Shown in pieces: positions 26,047 to 39,104 of a stretch of 64,000 nucleotides of DNA (positions are counted from its first letter, which is position 1; the number at the start of each line of letters is the position of its first letter). The DNA lies in assembly GCA_964016885.1 (NCBI GenBank), contig OZ024741.1, positions 387,128,001 through 387,192,000 on the forward strand. The letters are read 5' to 3'. The notes under the pieces were generated by a model that was not told the DNA's origin, did no database searches, and saw only the letters and a list, made by a program, of their open reading frames with translations. Both the position numbers and the translations under genes were made by a program. This DNA is from Eledone cirrhosa. Its lineage: Eukaryota.

Positions 26047-29000
26047 TCATCATCATCATCATCATCATCATTTTACGTCCGCTTTTCCCTGCTTGCAAGG
26101 GTGGGACGGGTCTTATTCAGCACAGCATCTCTCCACTCGTCACGGTCCCTTGTCATCTCCACCGTGAGCTTCAATGATCTGAGATCTGTTCTCACCACCT
26201 CCGCCCATGTTTTTCGTGGTCTACCTCTACCACGTCTTCCTTCAACTGGCATTTCCTGGCACTTCTTCACCCATCGGTCATCCTCCATGCGCATCACATG
26301 TCCATACGACCTCAGTCTCCTCTCCTGTACACTACATTCTATCCCTCTCAGACACAGTTTCTCTCTCAACACATTTAAGCTGGGTCGTTCACGCACATTT
26401 ACACTGCACATCCAACGGAGCATGCTTGCCTCATTTCTCTCCAGCCGTCGCATGTCCTTTTCAGTTACTGCCCGTGTCTCACTACCATGCAGCATCGCGC
26501 TCCTCACACAGGCATCATACAACCGGCCTTTCGTACGCAGGGAGAAACCCTTCTTCGTCAACAGAGGAAGCAGCTCCCTAAACTTTTTCCAACCCATCCT
26601 TATTCTAGATACTATGGCCTCGGAACACCCTCCTCCCATGCTAATCTGATCTCCTAGGTATCGGAAACTATCCACCACTTCTATAGCGCCCTCCTGCATT
26701 TGAAAAATGTGTCTATCAATGCGACTTCTACTGTCTAATTTCCCTGTACATCTACTGCATACATATTTCTCCCTACCTGTTAGTTTGCCTGCTATCCCGC
26801 TACATCTCTTGTGTACCCAGGATCTGCATTGTGTGCATTTTATAGAATTTATGCCAGTTCCTTTTCTGCATATCGAACATGGCCATTTCCCTGACGGAAT
26901 CAGGGTTTTGTCCTCTTTTCTACTCATCAACACTTTTGTCTTAGCTAGATTCACTCTCACTCCTCTTGCTTCCAACTGCTGTTTCCATAGCCAGAATTTA
27001 TTCTCTAGCTCCTCTACTGATTCTGCTATAAGAACCAGATCGTCAGCATAGAGAAGTTCCCATGGACAGCCAGTCTTAAACTCCTCTGTTATGGCTTGGA
27101 GGACTATAATGAACAAGAGCGGGCTGAGGACCGAACCCTGATGTACTCCTACTTGTATCTGGAATTCCTCACTAAACTCCATTCCTACCCTGACTTTACT
27201 GAGAGTACCTCTGTACAAAGTTTGCACTGTCCTCACAAGCCATTCCTCAACACCTAGCTTCCTTAGGGACCACCAGATGACAGATCGGGGTACCCTATCA
27301 AAGGCCTTCTCTAGGTCAACAAAGGCTAAGTATAGTGGCTTATTCTTCTCTAAGAACTTCTCTTGCAATTGTCTCACCAAGAAGAGGGCATCTGTTGTAC
27401 TCTTCCCAGGCACAAAACCAAACTGCATCTCATCTAGTTTGACCCTTTCTCTAATTAGTTGTGCTAAAATCCTGCCACTTTCATAACCTGATCTATCAGT
27501 TTTATACCCCTATAATTGCTCCTCTCCAAAGCATCCCCTTTACCTTTATAGCAATTTATGAGAATACTGCTGCACCAGTCTTTGGGTATGACACCACCAT
27601 ATATAGCCTGATTGATGATGCGTGCAACCAGTTTAGTGCCTACGTCCCCTGATGCCTTCAGCATCTCAGCAACTATTCCCGATGGTCCGGCAGCCTTACC
27701 ATTTTTCATTTCCCTAATCGCCTCTTGGAACCTATATTCGTCAATCTCAATAGCTGGTCCCTCTGTCGGATCTACCAAGGGTAATTTCTCTCTCTCCCAT
27801 TTGTTCTCCACATTCATCAGTCTCTCATAATGACATTTCCAGGCCTGCTTTTTCTGATCATTTGTGACACTAAGTACACCGGCATCATCCCGGACACATT
27901 TATCTCCAACAACATCCTGATTTGCATTGACACACTGCCTTGCAATGTGGAACACCGCACGCCTCTGATCTTCCCGTCGCAGAACATTGGCAAACCTCTT
28001 ACTCTCTGCCTCCCTGCGTGCTAAGTACACCTGACGTCTAGCTTCTCTCTTAGTGGCTGTATATTCTTCCCTACTCCCACCCTTTTTCCAAGCCTTCCAT
28101 GCTAGTCTTTTGTCTCTAATAGCCTTATCTACTGTGCTGTTCCCTGACGTCTAGCTTCTCTCTTAGTGGCTGTATATTCTTCCCTACTCCCACCCTTTTT
28201 CCAAGCCTTCCATGCTAGTCTTTTGTCTCTAATAGCCTTATCTACTGTGCTGTTCCACCACCAGGTCACTCTCTGTCTGGTTGGAGCTCTGCTCCAGCCA
28301 CAAGTTTCATCAGTAGTCTGCAGCAAGTTGTCACGTAGGAAATTCCAGTTATTATCTATGTCATACGTCTCTAAATCGTCTTCTTTTTCGTCATATACAT
28401 CTTGAAGGGCTTTCCTAAATTTGTATTTTAGTGAAAGGTCTTTTAGCTTTCAGACCTTTCTTCTCCACACCTTCCTATATGTCTCATTCCATCTCTTGCT
28501 TACTGAGATATCGCTAACAACTAACCTATGCTGTGGGGTACATTCTTCCCCAGGGTATGCCTTGGTATTAGACACTATCTGCCTGTCCCGCTGCCTAACT
28601 AGTAAAAAGTCAATCTGGCTTATGTGCTCACCAGATTTGTAGGTTATTAGGTGATTGGCAGGTTTCTGGAAGTTTGTGTTGCAAATAGTCAATGTACCTG
28701 CATCACAAAATTCAAGAAGTCTCACTCCTTCTTCATTTCTTGAACGGTAACCATGCCCACCATGTACCCCAGTGTAACCATCCTGGAGCTGTCCAACATG
28801 ACCATTGAAGTCTCCTGCTAGCATAACGATGTCTCCGTCCTCTGTCATTGCGGTTGTTTGCAAAAGTTGCTCATAAAAGCAGTCTTTCTCATCTTTGCCT
28901 AGGCCTGCTTGGGGAGCATAGGCCGAGATGATTGTCAGTAGTCCCCTACCTACAACTAATCTAAGCTTAATTATTCGATTACTAACTCGAACTACCTCTA

Positions 29001-31284
29001 TTGTCTTATTGATCCATTTCTCAGCCAGGAAAATGCCTACTCCCCCCTAACCCATCATCCTTACCTACCCAGAATAGCTTATAGCTAAGACGCTTGCCTA
29101 CGACTAGTCTCGCAGAGGCACCTCTCCATCTCACCTCTTGCACGCAGCACACATCCACCTGCCTTCTCTCCAGCATCTCTGCTATTTCAGCAGATCTACC
29201 TCTGAGAGTGCCAACATTAAGTGTTGCAACTCTGAGATGCGACGTCTTCATATTTTGTTGTTGTTCCTATTTGTTGCTGTGCTGATAAGCGTTTTGGCAT
29301 TGATACACTGGTTGGATGCCCTTCCTAACACCAGCGCCACTTTACAGCATGGACTGGGTGCTTTTATTTGTGCCACCAGCACTAGAGAGGATGTCTTACT
29401 AGACTCAAGGGCCCTCTCTACCCTTCCATTTTACAGCATGGTCATAAAAAAAAAAAAAAAACCTTATTGACACGACGCACACACACACACTCACACACCA
29501 ACACTCATGCATACAAACCACAACCACACACACACCATTCACATACCAACACTCATTCATGCATACAATCACACACACCACTCCCAAACAGACATATATA
29601 TATATATATTACCGACAGTACTGATACAAATACAAAATCAAAATCAAAATCAAAATCAAAATCAAAATCAATATCATGTCAACTGTTGACCTTTCCCAGT
29701 CCAGTTCAGCTTGTATATAATAATAATAATAATTGTTTGCTTTACGCTGGTAATGGCGGTGGTGGTGGTGAATGGTGGTGGATGGTGTCAGTGTGGTGGT
29801 GGTGGATGGTATCAGCGTGGTGGTGGTGGATGGTCAGTGATGGTGGTGGCAGTTGTTGGTGCTGTAGTTGTTATTGTTATATATATATATATGTTAACCT
29901 AATAATACTTTGTGTTTTGCATCTCTGTGTTTGTCTTGTTTATTCTTGAACTATATATATATAGATAGATAGATAGATACATACTTGGTATATTTTGTTA
30001 ATCAACCAACATTTGTGTACGTAGGTTAGAGCACTCAACAAAGTATACATGTAAGTCTGTGTACTCCGGAGTATTGGTAAAACAATGAAGTAGAAGCCAG
30101 TACGTTAGAAATTATCTCATTTTATAGATTACATAATCGATGTTATACGTATTTTGATGGTAACTGTTATGTAACAGTTACAACCCCATCAGGCAGCTAT
30201 TATATGAATAAAAATTACATGAATAAAAGATGAAAGGAATAAAAATTACTCATGCAGTGATATGCTGTGTGGGGGTTATTGTGGCAGTTCAATTGATCCT
30301 GTAAAGGCTTCCATGTCTACATGATGATCATCATCATAATGGTGATGATGATGATGTGGAGGAGGATAATTATGATGATGTTTTGTTTTCACATGATACT
30401 ATGTAAAATACTTCTACAATTATGCTGTTTTTATTTTTTAGGGGGCCTTTCCTTCTAGATTTAAAGGAGCACACTTTATCTATCAGCCCTGGTTCTTTAC
30501 TCACACCTACAGACTTGTAAGACCCTTTCTGAAGACAAAACTATCAAGTAGGGTGAGTATGAATGGGAATCATTTCTTTAAAAATTGAAGATATGGATAT
30601 GCAGATCCACACACCCACAAATATGTAAAGATATGCACACACATACACACAGATATGTAAAGATATGCACACACATACACACAAATCTTTGAGGCATGTG
30701 CCATGACCAAGTGTTTGATATTCTCTGAGTTTGAGAAGCATTTGTAATGGTTATTTTTAACATTTCATAAGTTACTATTTTTAACATTTCATAAGTAAAC
30801 ACAGGTAGTATTTCATACATGTGTAAACTTACTACACGAAATTAGATTCAGAACTACACAAGCAAAAAGGGTCAACTGCATGTTAAAATAATCATTGGTT
30901 AGCTTGTGATGCTAACGGGGTCGATAAAATAAAGTACCAGTAATATACTGGGATAATTGCTGGCCTTGTGCCAAAAGAGGAAACAATTATTATATTACAC
31001 TCTACACCTTGACACTGACGTGAACCTAAACATCGAGTGTTCACCTGGGTGAACCTACAGTAACTTCACCTTACACTCCCTGGATATATATAAAACCCAT
31101 GCAAGCGTGGAAGATGGACGTTAAACAATGATGATGATGATGATGATATATAAGAAATAAGAGAGACGGTTTTATTCGTACAATTTAATTTTATTATCTA
31201 ATTCATTATACGTATAATGAATTAGATAATAAAATCAAGATGTACGAATAAAACCTTATATATGTATATATATATATATATATA

Positions 31285-31337
<53 letters not shown>

Positions 31338-32625
31338 ATATATACATATATATATATATATATAAATAAACATACACGGGTGTGTATGATTGTGTATAGA
31401 AGATTATATTAATAAAAGGAATTCCAATTTTGTCTGATTTACTCGTTTTATTTACAATGCTTTAAAATTATAATGATGTTATAATGAAATAGTATAGTAG
31501 AATATTAAATGTTAAATGTTAATTGAACAAGTACTTTTATGCTTTCGCAATCTTCAGGTTCATATTCAATGGTGACAGTCAAGTTTGCAACTTTCAACTG
31601 TAATGAGATGGCTAAAATCTGTGCCTTATATACAGTAAAAAGGGGCTACAGAATGCTTAGTTTTGCAAACTGTATTTTGACCAATCGGTGTGTGGTTTCA
31701 CTAGATTACTAAAGCTGATTTGTTTAGACATCACAGTTGGTTGAGCATGTCTAACGACTTCTATTTGACCCTATCCAAAGCATCAATTGTTTTGCTATTT
31801 TTAGAAATCATGAAAATTGCATTTTCTAGGGTTTTTATAAAAAATCTTCAGTAATCATCACCATCAACATCACTTTTATTATTATTATTGTTGTTGTTGT
31901 TGTTGTTGTTAGTGGTGGTAGTTGACATGGTCATAGGCGTAGTCATGGTAGAAGTAATACCCCTAAGCATTATTATTGTTCATTTAGCTTGGGTTGGAAT
32001 TTATCAATAAAATTATTTTCTTTAATTTTTCTCTTGATTTCACTTGGGTTGTGTATATATATATATATGTGTGTGTGTATATATATATAATTAAAACTAA
32101 TGATAAAATATAAATATATTTTTAAAAGATGAGGCCCCCGAGGGTGTGTTGCCCTAAGCTATAGCTTATTTAGCTTATAGGTAATTCCAGCACTGGGCTC
32201 ACCTTGTGTGGTCTTCATGGGTAGTCTCTCTTATCTACTTGTATAACCTAATAATCTTACTCCCTCATACTCTAACCATAAATTAAAATTCCACATGAGA
32301 CACTAGAAACACAACCAGTTGCTTCAAAATCACCACTAAAGCGGGGGAGCTCTATCATTTGACCCCTTTGCCTAATATGACACCATTACTCCTGTCCATT
32401 CTGGTGTATGATTCACAACCCCACACTTCTGTATAGCATATTGATTCTATTTCTTCATTTTCTACACAGGTATTTTTATATGGTTATAATCTCGAACCTT
32501 TTTGGCAATCTTTTAAACCTTCATTAATTCCTGCTGATCTGGGAGGCACAGGACCCTGTTATGACCCGAAACCAATGGTGGTTGCTCTAGCTAAAGCTGT
32601 TGCCCAGAGAAATCAAGTTACATAG
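22699..32625 (+). CDS. RLBP1: CRAL-TRIO retinoid-binding protein, RLBP1/CRALBP-like, 283 aa; exons 22699-22945, 23915-24030, 24446-24667, 30442-30552, 32470-32625
   Basis: All introns are GT..AG and phases join (247+116+222+111+156=852 nt, ending TAG). Motifs: [53 protein letters not shown]|[26 protein letters not shown]. The symbol denotes resemblance; orthology is untested. Confidence 0.88.
23240..23880 (-). mobile_element. CRE-clade (restriction-like endonuclease) LINE 3' fragment
   Basis: [53 protein letters not shown]. Confidence 0.78.
24733..25080 (-). mobile_element. tRNA-headed SINE (family S2) with RTE-derived 3' end
   Basis: Head TGGCTTAGTGGTTAGAGC..GAGTTCAATTC (A/B boxes). The tail CCCGTCCCACCCTTGCAAGCAGGGAAAAA..GGACGTAAAATGA is nearly the same as the RTE end at 26072-26110. 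Confidence 0.82.
25604..25852. mobile_element. TTAA-flanked piggyBac-like MITE
   Basis: TTAACCTTTT..AAAAGGGTTAA termini; related to the inverted copy at 37354-37781. Confidence 0.6.
26043..29400 (-). mobile_element. Near full-length RTE-clade LINE, family B (APE, RT, PHD), frameshifted
   Basis: APE motifs [35 protein letters not shown]; RT motifs [25 protein letters not shown]; (GAT)n tail at 26043-26071. Confidence 0.95.
31168..31255. repeat. 88-bp near-perfect palindrome (44-bp arms, no spacer)
   Basis: GGTTTTATTCGTACA..TCATTATAC|GTATAATGA..TGTACGAATAAAACC, 3 mismatches. Confidence 0.9.
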
Positions 32626-33143
32626 ACTAACAACACTAATTAATATTTTCAGTTAAATAGAAACATCACTTACAAGCTGTTGATTGTAAACATTATAATG
32701 TTATTGTATACGCTACAACACTATTTTAAACACTGTTTTATTACAGCGGACACCACAGTACACTTGTAAAAAATATAGTCTTATTGTAAACATTGGTTAC
32801 ATACCATCGCTACAGTCCCACTCAACACAACTGTCACTCTCTTCCTCTTCTAGAACTTCCATCGTTATCTACTGTGTCTTGTTGCCCACCAGACCACACC
32901 AAATCTCTATAGCTAGCATTTGTTCCCAATCTAGAACAGGGTTCCCCAAACTAAAAAGTTTGGCGTCACAGCTAAAAGTACGCAGCACACACTGTAAATG
33001 TGGTTGGTGTTAGGAAGGGCATCCAGCCTTAGAAACCAAGCAAAAATCAGTTCTGTGATGACCCCCTGCTCTAGAGCGTAAACTGAACCCTCTGAAATCC
33101 CTTCCCATCACCTCTTCTTTATGTTATACCTGCAGATGTTGAC

Positions 33144-33348
33144 TTAACCCTTTAGCATTTAAACCAGCTGTATCCGGCCAAAATTCTCTCACCTCTTTCT
33201 GTTCAAACCGGCTGTAACCAGCCACTCATACTGATGTTAAGGTATTGTTCTCAAAATAAATAACATCAACATCTCATAGATTCGATATTATGTGGGATAA
33301 AGCCTTTGCAATGAAAATACAATAGTATATATGGAGTTAAAGGGTTAA
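33144..33348. mobile_element. piggyBac-like MITE with TTAA TSD
   Basis: TTAA-CCCTTTA..TAAAGGG-TTAA. Confidence 0.75.
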
Positions 33349-33454
33349 AGGTGTTCAACATCAAATATTTTGATCTCTTGGGTGTAATAGATCACACTGC
33401 GATGAAATATTTTCTGGCCTTCAACACTGCCACTTTCTCTTCACTAAATCATTA

Positions 33455-33692
33455 TACACACACACATACATGCATACACACATACATAGATATACATACA
33501 CACACATAGATATACACTTACACACATACATACACACGTACATACATACATACATACATACATACATACATACATACATACATACATACATACATACATA
33601 CATACATACACATACACACACATGCCTACACATGTGAGTGTATAAGTGTGTATGTGTGTGTATGTGTGTATGTGTGTGTGTATGTGTGTGTA
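33455..33692. repeat. (CATA)n / (TG)n microsatellite
   Basis: Direct reading. Confidence 0.95.
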
Positions 33693-34071
33693 GATAGATA
33701 ATCCTTCACAAAATTGTTTTAATCAAAAGAAAAATTATATAAAAGAAAAATGACAGTGTTATTTCAAAATTATTTTAAAATATTTTTATATTTTTTGTTA
33801 CAAATATAAGCTGTTGTTTTTTTTTGTTTTTTCAAAATTATATTTTCACACAAAAATAAAAACAATGATTATTCAAAATTATGCTTTTATTATTATTATC
33901 ATTTCCATTATTATTTTTATTGTGCAACATTACTGCTTAACTGAGCACAGTTCTGTATGCCTTGGACATGTGCAGTGTAGTTTTTGCTGATGTTGTTTCT
34001 ATTGTATTGATAGTACTTTTCATATGTGTGCAGTGCCTAATAGTGCTATCTTTTGTATGCTTATTATTATT

Positions 34072-34680
34072 ATTGGATTGGCAGTATCGGTAGAGGGTCG
34101 GACACCATGCTTTGATGCATAGAGTTACGGCCCTTTCCAATCTGGTTCAAATCCCACCAAGGTTAACTTTGCCTTTCATCCTTAAGGGGGTCGATAAAAT
34201 AAAGTACCAGTAATACACTGGGTAATTTCTGGCCTTGTGCCAAAAGTAGAAACAATTATTATTATATTAGAGGACGGTGGATTGGCAGTATCGGTAGAGA
34301 GTTGGACACCATGCTTTGAAGCATAGAGTTACGTCTCTTTATGATCTGAGTTCAAATCCCACCGAGGTTAACTTTGCCTTTCATTCTTACGGGGTCAATA
34401 AAATAAAGTACCAGCAATGTACTGGGTAATTGCTGGCCTTGTGCCTAAAGTAGAAACAATTATATTACATTAGAAGGCAGTGGATTGGCAATATCGGTAG
34501 AGGGTTGGACACCATGCTTTACAGCATAGAGTTATGGCCCTTTACTGTCGGAGTTCAAATCCAACTGAGGTTAACTTTACCTTTCATCGTTACGGGGATC
34601 GATAAAATAAAGAACCAGTAATGCACTTGGGGTAATTGCTGGCCTTGTAGCAAAAGTAGAAACAATTAATATTATTATTA
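34072..34680 (+). mobile_element. Head-to-tail array of three S1 SINEs
   Basis: About 200-bp unit GGATTGGCAGTATCGGTAGAG..GTTCAAATCCC..GGCCTTGTGCCAAAAGTAGAAACAATTATT, three times. Confidence 0.88.
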
Positions 34681-36487
34681 CTTTGTTGTCAATCTTTATT
34701 TCAAAAATAATGGGTGGGTGGAAGGGATTATAAGTATAGTGTAAAAAATGTAGAGGGGTTAAGGATGTCAGTATTGTAGAGGTACTAAACCATTCATCCA
34801 ATAAGGTTGAGACCAGAGGTGGTTCAGGTTTAACAGAATTCTGTAACAAACTAAATATAAACTTACAATATAAAATAAAGGACAAAACTGTATTTAACAG
34901 ATACAAATAATACACTTCTAAAGTAGGATCTGTTGTCTTTATTAATCCATTTAAAATTCTTAAAACAGCTGTCTAGAAGGAGGAAAATGGAAGGAAGTTG
35001 ATCAACAATATCCCAAACTTCATTCACTTACTGAGTGGGGTGGAACTTGTCAAACCAGACCAAGGAAACAATGTTTCCATTGGTCTTTCCATTACTGATA
35101 CTATCTACTGGTTGCAACTCCTGGTAGAAAAAATACATTTGTTGGAGAATCTGGGCAACCTGTCTAGAACACCTATATAAAATACCTGTATAAAGTACTT
35201 GTAGCATGTATAATATTGTAATTTGAAAGTGGTTAGACTTACCTTGAGTCTTCAATTTTCTCCACTGTCCACTGCACTGACGTCCATGTAACTTACATCC
35301 GACTGAGAATAACTCACATTCACACAACACGTCTACACTCAACCACAGCCTGAGGGAAAAGAGGCAGTCAATAAGCCCTGAACCCTCATGTGACCTCACT
35401 TGTCCTTCTGCTTCCAGTAAGGCATCTCCTAACTCCCGGCAGTCCCTAACTCTCGACAGCCCCACAAATACACAGATTGAAAATTAAATGAAGTAATGTA
35501 AAGAATATAATTTTATTTAACAGATGTAGATACAAACTAATAAACAATGTTTGTCAACCATAATCCAAGTTCCACCGCTTCTTATATTGATCTATTGTTT
35601 CCATTTTGTAGAACAGCCGTTTCCAAACAAAACCATTCCTCAAATTTTAGGTTATGACCCAAAACTAAAAAATAAATTAGTTGATTTTTCTGGATTTCTG
35701 GAACCCAGATATTTTGGTAGCTGCATAAACATAGTGTTTGGGGCGGGGACAGCAGGGTTTAATATAACAGTAGTGCAGGGAGGGAGAGCACAGTATGATT
35801 AAATATAGCAATAGGTGAAACTAACATTTACATCTTCGACAGAATTCACTTGAATATTAATTAATGTCAGTTGACAAGCCTCAAACATTGTTAACTGGTT
35901 ATTAAACCATTCTATAAACCATTATTTGGTGCCTTCAATCTTGCTATAATGGATTCTTCTTTAACTCAAACATGGCATTATCATCATCAGGTTAGTAAAG
36001 GTTTCATAATTCCGAAGGACTTGGTCTCACATTCAAGCGGTTACTGAGAAGAAGATAAAATGGAAAATTTTTTCAATGGAACCACATTGAAATAACACAT
36101 TGATCATTTGTTTTTATTTTGAACCGTTTTCATTATACATTTGAAAAGAGGATGACAACCCTGAAATATCATGTTGAAATATCATAGGTAAATCATTACT
36201 TTGTTTTGTTTTATTTGTCATTCTTTGCCCTTTATATATTGCTACCATATTGTACTGACTTTCTGAAACTTAGCCGTCATTTATTACATATCTCACAATG
36301 CTGTGTATTAACTATCCTATTTTATTAAGTTAAGCAACTGTGATCAATTCATTCTTTTATTTATTTATCCTTTTACTGGTTTCACTCATTAGACTGTGAC
36401 CCCTCGATCCTTATTGACCCCAGTGCTTATTTTATCAATATTTTTTTGTTGAACTCCTTGTTACAAATAGACACACGTATTTCATCA

Positions 36488-37030
36488 TCAATCCCGCCGA
36501 GGTTAACTTTGCCTTTCATCCTTACGGGGTCGATAAAATAAAGTACCAGTAATGCACTGGGATAATTGCTGGCCTTGTGCCAAATGTAGAAACAATTATT
36601 ACCATTTAACAAGGGCGATGGATTGGCAGTATCGGTAAAGCGTCAGACAATATGCTTTGCAGCATGGCGTTACAGTCCTTAATGTTATGAGTACAATTCA
36701 TGCTGAGGTTAGCTTTGCCTTTCATCCTTACGGGGTTGATAAAATAAATCACCAAAAATGCACTGGGGCCTACTAAATCAACTTTCCCCTCCCCCAAAAT
36801 TGTTGGCCTTGGGCCTAAATCAGAAACCATTATTACTGTTTGTGGATTGGCAGTATCGGTAGAGGGTTTGACGCCATGCTTTCCAGCATAGTTACGTCCC
36901 TTTACGATCTGAGTTCAAATCCCGCCGAGGTTGACTTTGCCTTTCATCCTTACGGGGTCGATAAAATAAAGTACCAGTAATGCACTGGGTAATTGCTGGC
37001 CTTGTGCCGAAAGTAGAAACAATTATTACT
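36488..37030 (+). mobile_element. Second head-to-tail S1 SINE array (one truncated and two full copies)
   Basis: Same unit as 34072-34680. Confidence 0.85.
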
Positions 37031-37353
37031 GTTTAACAGCTATTTTCCATGCTTGCATGGGTTAGATGGGCTGTCAGGCCCTGCGAGGCTATATGCTGAT
37101 TGCCCAGGGTGGAGGTAAGAGAGAGATATTCGACCATGAGAGAAGTGCTGGGTTATGGAGTTGATCTGTGTGTGTGTGTGCTTCTAGTTTGGGTCTGTTA
37201 ACCCCATCCTAAACATGAAGCGCCTACATCAACCCCAAATCATACATTCAGTAATATGGAATGGTAAACTTCAAGTTTAGTGGAGTGAATTCAAAAGAAG
37301 GTTTACACAGCATATACATTCATAAAATCATTTTATTATCAATGATAACCTAT

Positions 37354-37781
37354 TTTAACCCTTTTGTTACCATATTTCTAATGAAAGACACTGTATGGTT
37401 ATCAAATAACTTTGAAAGATTTAGTAAAATAACTTTCTCCTTAACTGGTGTTTGGAGCTTAACAATGGTTCTAAAAATAATTAAAATGATGGAGCTTTTT
37501 GGGGATAAATATAAACACACTATGTGAATAAGTGCCAAGTAATTCCAGTGGAAGGAAGCCACTGTAGAGGAAGAACATGGATGGAAGTAGTGAGAGCTGA
37601 TCTCAGATCGCTAAAGCTCACATTAGAGATGATATAGGAACACGACAAGTGGAGCAATGCTGTACTAAGAAGAACCTGTCCAACCCATGCAAGCGTAGAA
37701 CAATGGGCATAAAATGATGATGATGATGACTTTAAAATAAACAGCTTGGTATCATAGAATCAGATGATTTCAAAAGGTTTA
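37354..37781. mobile_element. TTAA-type MITE interrupted by an RTE 3' end (about 37550-37730, +)
   Basis: Terminus TTAACCCTTTTGTTACCATA matches the reverse complement of 25833-25852; the insert ends CCATGCAAGCG..AAAA(TGA)n. Confidence 0.6.
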
Positions 37782-38290
37782 ATTAATTTTTTTTTTAATG
37801 TTTAATATTTGAAAAAACAATAAAGTAAATAACATTTTTATAAGTCATACAATATATATATAAAGAAACATTTCAAATATTAAGGAGTCTCATAGTTAGA
37901 AATCAAAGGGAAATAATTTACTTTACAGTATAGTAAAAAAAAGAAATGAGTGCTATTGACAATTACATGAAGCATATTTTTAAAAGGTTATCTCCCTTCA
38001 TTTTGTAATAATAATTTCTACTTTAGGCACAAGGCCAGTAATATTTGTGGAGAGCGAAAAGTCGATTAAATCGATCCCATTGCATTACTGTTACTTTATT
38101 TTATCGACCCCGTAAGAATTAAAGGCAAAGCTAACCTAATAAATATATGAAAGTATTTTGTCCAGCACTCTAGCATTTCTTTCACTAAGCTAAATGTTAT
38201 GTTGCATTTTGCTGAGAATACAACACACAACAAGCATTCTAATGCCATTTTCCCTATTAAAGCAGTGGTTAGCTTTGTGGAGCCCATAGT

Positions 38291-38938
38291 CAGGGCCAGG
38301 TTTATAGCAGGGGAGACAGGGAATTTGCCCCAGGCCCACCATCAACTAGGGGCCCAATCAGCCAGGGTAGGGCCTAGTAAGATAGATATATCCAGGACTG
38401 CGAAAGGCAGATGGACCTTTTACCAGAAAAATACTGTTAACTTAAAGTACTTAATGTCAATCCTGTGGTCGATTTATTGAAATTTCTCAACTTTAGAGAC
38501 ATCAAATCGTTACCAGAACAGTACTTAACAAAAAAATACTAATGATAATTCATCAAAATTTCTCTACTTTAGTGACAACAGATGATTGTTGTAAAAGGTA
38601 AGTAATATGATCATAGCTTTATGCAAGGATATGGAGTATACGTGTATGCCTGCATGTGTATATGGATGTATTTATAAATGTATATGTATTTGTGTATGTG
38701 TGTGTGCTTGTGTGTGTTTTAAGTACATTTAAATGTGGAAAGTGCAAATAAAATGAAGGTGGTCAAATTCTTTTTCCTTTAACATCTGCATGTATAACTT
38801 GACAATTCCAATTACATGCACTAAGCTGACTTCTAAACTAAGGTATTTGTTGTATATTTTAATTTTTTGTGTTTGAGTACCACCACCACCCCACCACTTG
38901 AAGTGCCCTGGGAGCCCCAAGTTCTAAATCTGGCCCTG
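38291..38938. mobile_element. hAT-type non-autonomous transposon
   Basis: TIRs CAGGGCCAGGTTTA / TAAATCTGGCCCTG; candidate 8-bp TSD CCCATAGT / TCCATGGT. Confidence 0.65.
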
Positions 38939-39104
38939 TCCATGGTAGGCTTCATACACACCATGAGGTCCTTATTGAGACAATATTTTACAGCTGAATG
39001 CCTTTCATGACACCAACCAACCCTTTTAGTAGCCTATTACAACAGGAAATCATTCAGCAGAAAATAAATTATGATAATTCATTGGATAAAAAGTAAATTC
39101 TTAC

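Noticed and set aside
35243-36043. Terminal coding exon of the minus-strand gene (candidates from 36043 giving NRLNVRPSPSEL*, or 35349-35243)
   Set aside because: Both fit phase 2 with plausible acceptors, so I cannot choose without transcripts.
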